DNA of 48,323 bases from contig JAQBQW010000019.1 in NCBI GenBank assembly GCA_028286805.1, positions 1-48,323 on the forward strand, given 5' to 3'. The number at the start of each line of letters is the position of its first letter. Positions within the stretch are counted from its first letter, which is position 1. Origin of the DNA: Parcubacteria group bacterium. GTDB lineage: Bacteria; Patescibacteriota; Minisyncoccia; Phycocordibacterales; Zambryskibacteraceae. Shown here in pieces: positions 46,726 through 48,323 of the stretch. The notes below the pieces were generated by a model. The model saw nothing but the letters and a program-made list of their open reading frames with translations, did no database searches and was not told the origin of the DNA. Both the position numbers and the translations under genes were made by a program.

Positions 46726-46822
46726 GGCGAGAGTATAGCAGAATATGCAAAGCAGGTAAATTGGGGAATTATATGGATTAAAAAGCTGGTATCCTCGGAA
46801 AGGAACCAGCTAGCTCTCTACT

Positions 46823-47314
46823 TCAAAGGTGTGGGCCTTGTCGCACAAACACCTTTTGCAATCCAACTTCTCGGAGCATCTTATCTCTCCAAATCTTAAC
46901 CGAGACTTCGCCGGGAATGGGCTCGTGCTCCTTCTTCGCAGCTTTCCGCAGATCGGCAACGACTTTTTTTGCCGACAACAGATCGAGTTCTTTGTTGTAG
47001 GGAAGAATAGAAAGAATCTCTGAAGCAGAAGCCCTCTCGCCAGACCCATTACCGCTGCAAAGTTCGCCGGTTGCGAGATCAATGTGCACCAGCGCGTAGT
47101 GTGGATTGTGCGGCAAGAATACTTTCCAGTAGCCGCGCTTCCATGCGTCGCCGTACTTGGCGTACCCATTGTCTGCCATCAATGCGAGCCGGGGTACTTT
47201 CTGCCACAGCCCTTTTTGAGACCGCACATACTTCTCTGTGTTGGCAACAAGCGCATCGCACTCGTCACCAAGTGATTCAGGTGTGGGTACATCCTTCCTG
47301 GATTCTCTGGGCAT
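46823..47314 (-). CDS. Hypothetical protein
   Basis: 163-aa ORF with AAAGGT SD directly downstream of tRNA-Arg; terminator-like hairpin after the stop. Confidence 0.55.
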   Translation of the reverse strand: MPRESRKDVPTPESLGDECDALVANTEKYVRSQKGLWQKVPRLALMADNGYAKYGDAWKRGYWKVFLPHNPHYALVHIDLATGELCSGNGSGERASASEILSILPYNKELDLLSAKKVVADLRKAAKKEHEPIPGEVSVKIWRDKMLREVGLQKVFVRQGPHL

Positions 47315-47387
47315 AAGTACCTTTCGAAGACGTGGGGTTCGAATTCTTTCTTTAGACTATCATACTCATTAAAAGATTCTATAGGGG

Positions 47388-47459
47388 TGCTCTCAGCAGG
47401 AATCGAACCTACATCTATTCCTTAGGACGGAATTGTTCTATCCATTGAACTATGAGAGC
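47388..47459 (-). tRNA. tRNA-Arg(CCT)
   Basis: GCTCTCA/TGAGAGC stem, ATTCC-GTCCTAA-GGAAT anticodon arm. Confidence 0.92.
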
Positions 47460-47518
47460 GAATGGACGAAATGAAATATACCACACCATACAAAAAACCG
47501 CCTCTCGGCGGCATTTCG

Positions 47519-47761
47519 TTAGGCTGCTACTCCCAGAAGTTCAGCTACCTTTTCCTGATCGAATCCAACGATGAGATCCTTGTTGTCGATAATGATAACC
47601 GGCACTCCCATCTGCCCGCTTTTGTCGATCATTTCCTTCTGTTTCTCCATGTCTGATGCGACGTTGTAATCCGTGAAAGGAATATTATTTGCTTTAAAAA
47701 AGTCCTTTGCCATGTGGCAGAAGTGACAGGTTGGTGTTGAGAATATTTCTACTGTTTTCAT
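47519..47761 (-). CDS. Glutaredoxin-like (NrdH/YruB-type) protein
   Basis: STPTCHFC, SGQMGVPVI, IVGFD. Confidence 0.92.
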   Translation of the reverse strand: MKTVEIFSTPTCHFCHMAKDFFKANNIPFTDYNVASDMEKQKEMIDKSGQMGVPVIIIDNKDLIVGFDQEKVAELLGVAA

Positions 47762-47806
47762 ATATGTGTGTATTAGAAGACTATTATACCTGTGAAGGGC
47801 ACCCCT

Positions 47807-48187
47807 CTACAACCCCCTTACCTTATTCCACATCCTCTTAAAAAGATTTGGTTTCTCGGGTGTGGTTGTGCTTACCACGGCTTTCTCATCGACGATAATA
47901 GCCACGTGTTCTCCCGGCTTTGAGACGCTGAATTTATCCTTTATTTCCGCATCGATGCCATCATCGGTGCTTAATTTATCAATGTTTTTCTTCAATTGCT
48001 CTTGCCTATCCGCAAGCTGGGCAGCCTTGGCTTCCATTTCTTTAACTGAATTTGCGCTGGTAATATCTTTTCGTATCACCTGATACGTCCCTCTTAGCAA
48101 AAAGGCCACCACAATACCAAGTACGACTAATACGGGTATCGAATACAATCTTTCTTTCGTCCTTTGTTTGTCTTGGAGCTCTCTCAT
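47807..48187 (-). CDS. Septum formation initiator (FtsB/DivIC-like)
   Basis: TM plus coiled coil, then L....G....I..KF...KPGE; start at MRELQ inferred. Confidence 0.75.
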   Translation of the reverse strand: MRELQDKQRTKERLYSIPVLVVLGIVVAFLLRGTYQVIRKDITSANSVKEMEAKAAQLADRQEQLKKNIDKLSTDDGIDAEIKDKFSVSKPGEHVAIIVDEKAVVSTTTPEKPNLFKRMWNKVRGL

Positions 48188-48323
48188 GGAATTGTAAAAT
48201 TTCTTCCTTATGCTACCATAACCCACAAGTATGATAAAAAGCACAAGAAGAAATTCAAAGGATTTTTCATCGACCAGTCGGTTCTTATGATCATCTCTAT
48301 GGTCGAGCTCTACATGCCTAACT

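Noticed and set aside
48188..48323. Possible gene fragment at the right edge
   Set aside because: Short open frames exist on both strands but none has a convincing start or recognisable motif within the window.
1..48323. Alternative genetic code (UGA read as Gly, as in Gracilibacteria/Absconditabacteria)
   Set aside because: Long core genes translate fully under code 11 and valS ends at TGA at a plausible position.

Overview
A bacterial chromosome segment whose gene content and style point to a Patescibacteria/CPR (Parcubacteria-like) organism; this is inferred from the N-terminally shortened IF-2, ValRS without its C-terminal arm, a tandem array of T4SS/VirB2-type pilin-like genes next to a solute-binding protein, and peptidoglycan-binding surface proteins. 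The core backbone is rpmG, clpB, a cysteine desulfurase, infB-rbfA, gyrA, rpsA, pth, lepB, a degenerate HisRS-like gene, rpsU-ybeY-ftsA-ftsZ, a TrxB/AhpF-like reductase, tsaD, valS, prsW, hsp20, a glutaredoxin, an FtsB-like gene and ten tRNAs. Large secreted multidomain proteins and about a dozen orphan genes with their own promoters, Shine-Dalgarno sites and terminators are interspersed. The most notable signal is a 22-bp direct repeat, related to a tRNA T-arm, at each junction of a four-gene, compositionally mixed array downstream of tRNA-Glu (33.5-36.1 kb); it may be a cassette-capture array, but no integrase is in the window. Other highlights are a split between leaderless core genes and SD-led accessory genes, several apparent pseudo-enzymes, structured 5' leaders and a GH12-like/phage-spike-like surface fusion. 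All calls are by eye, without database searches.
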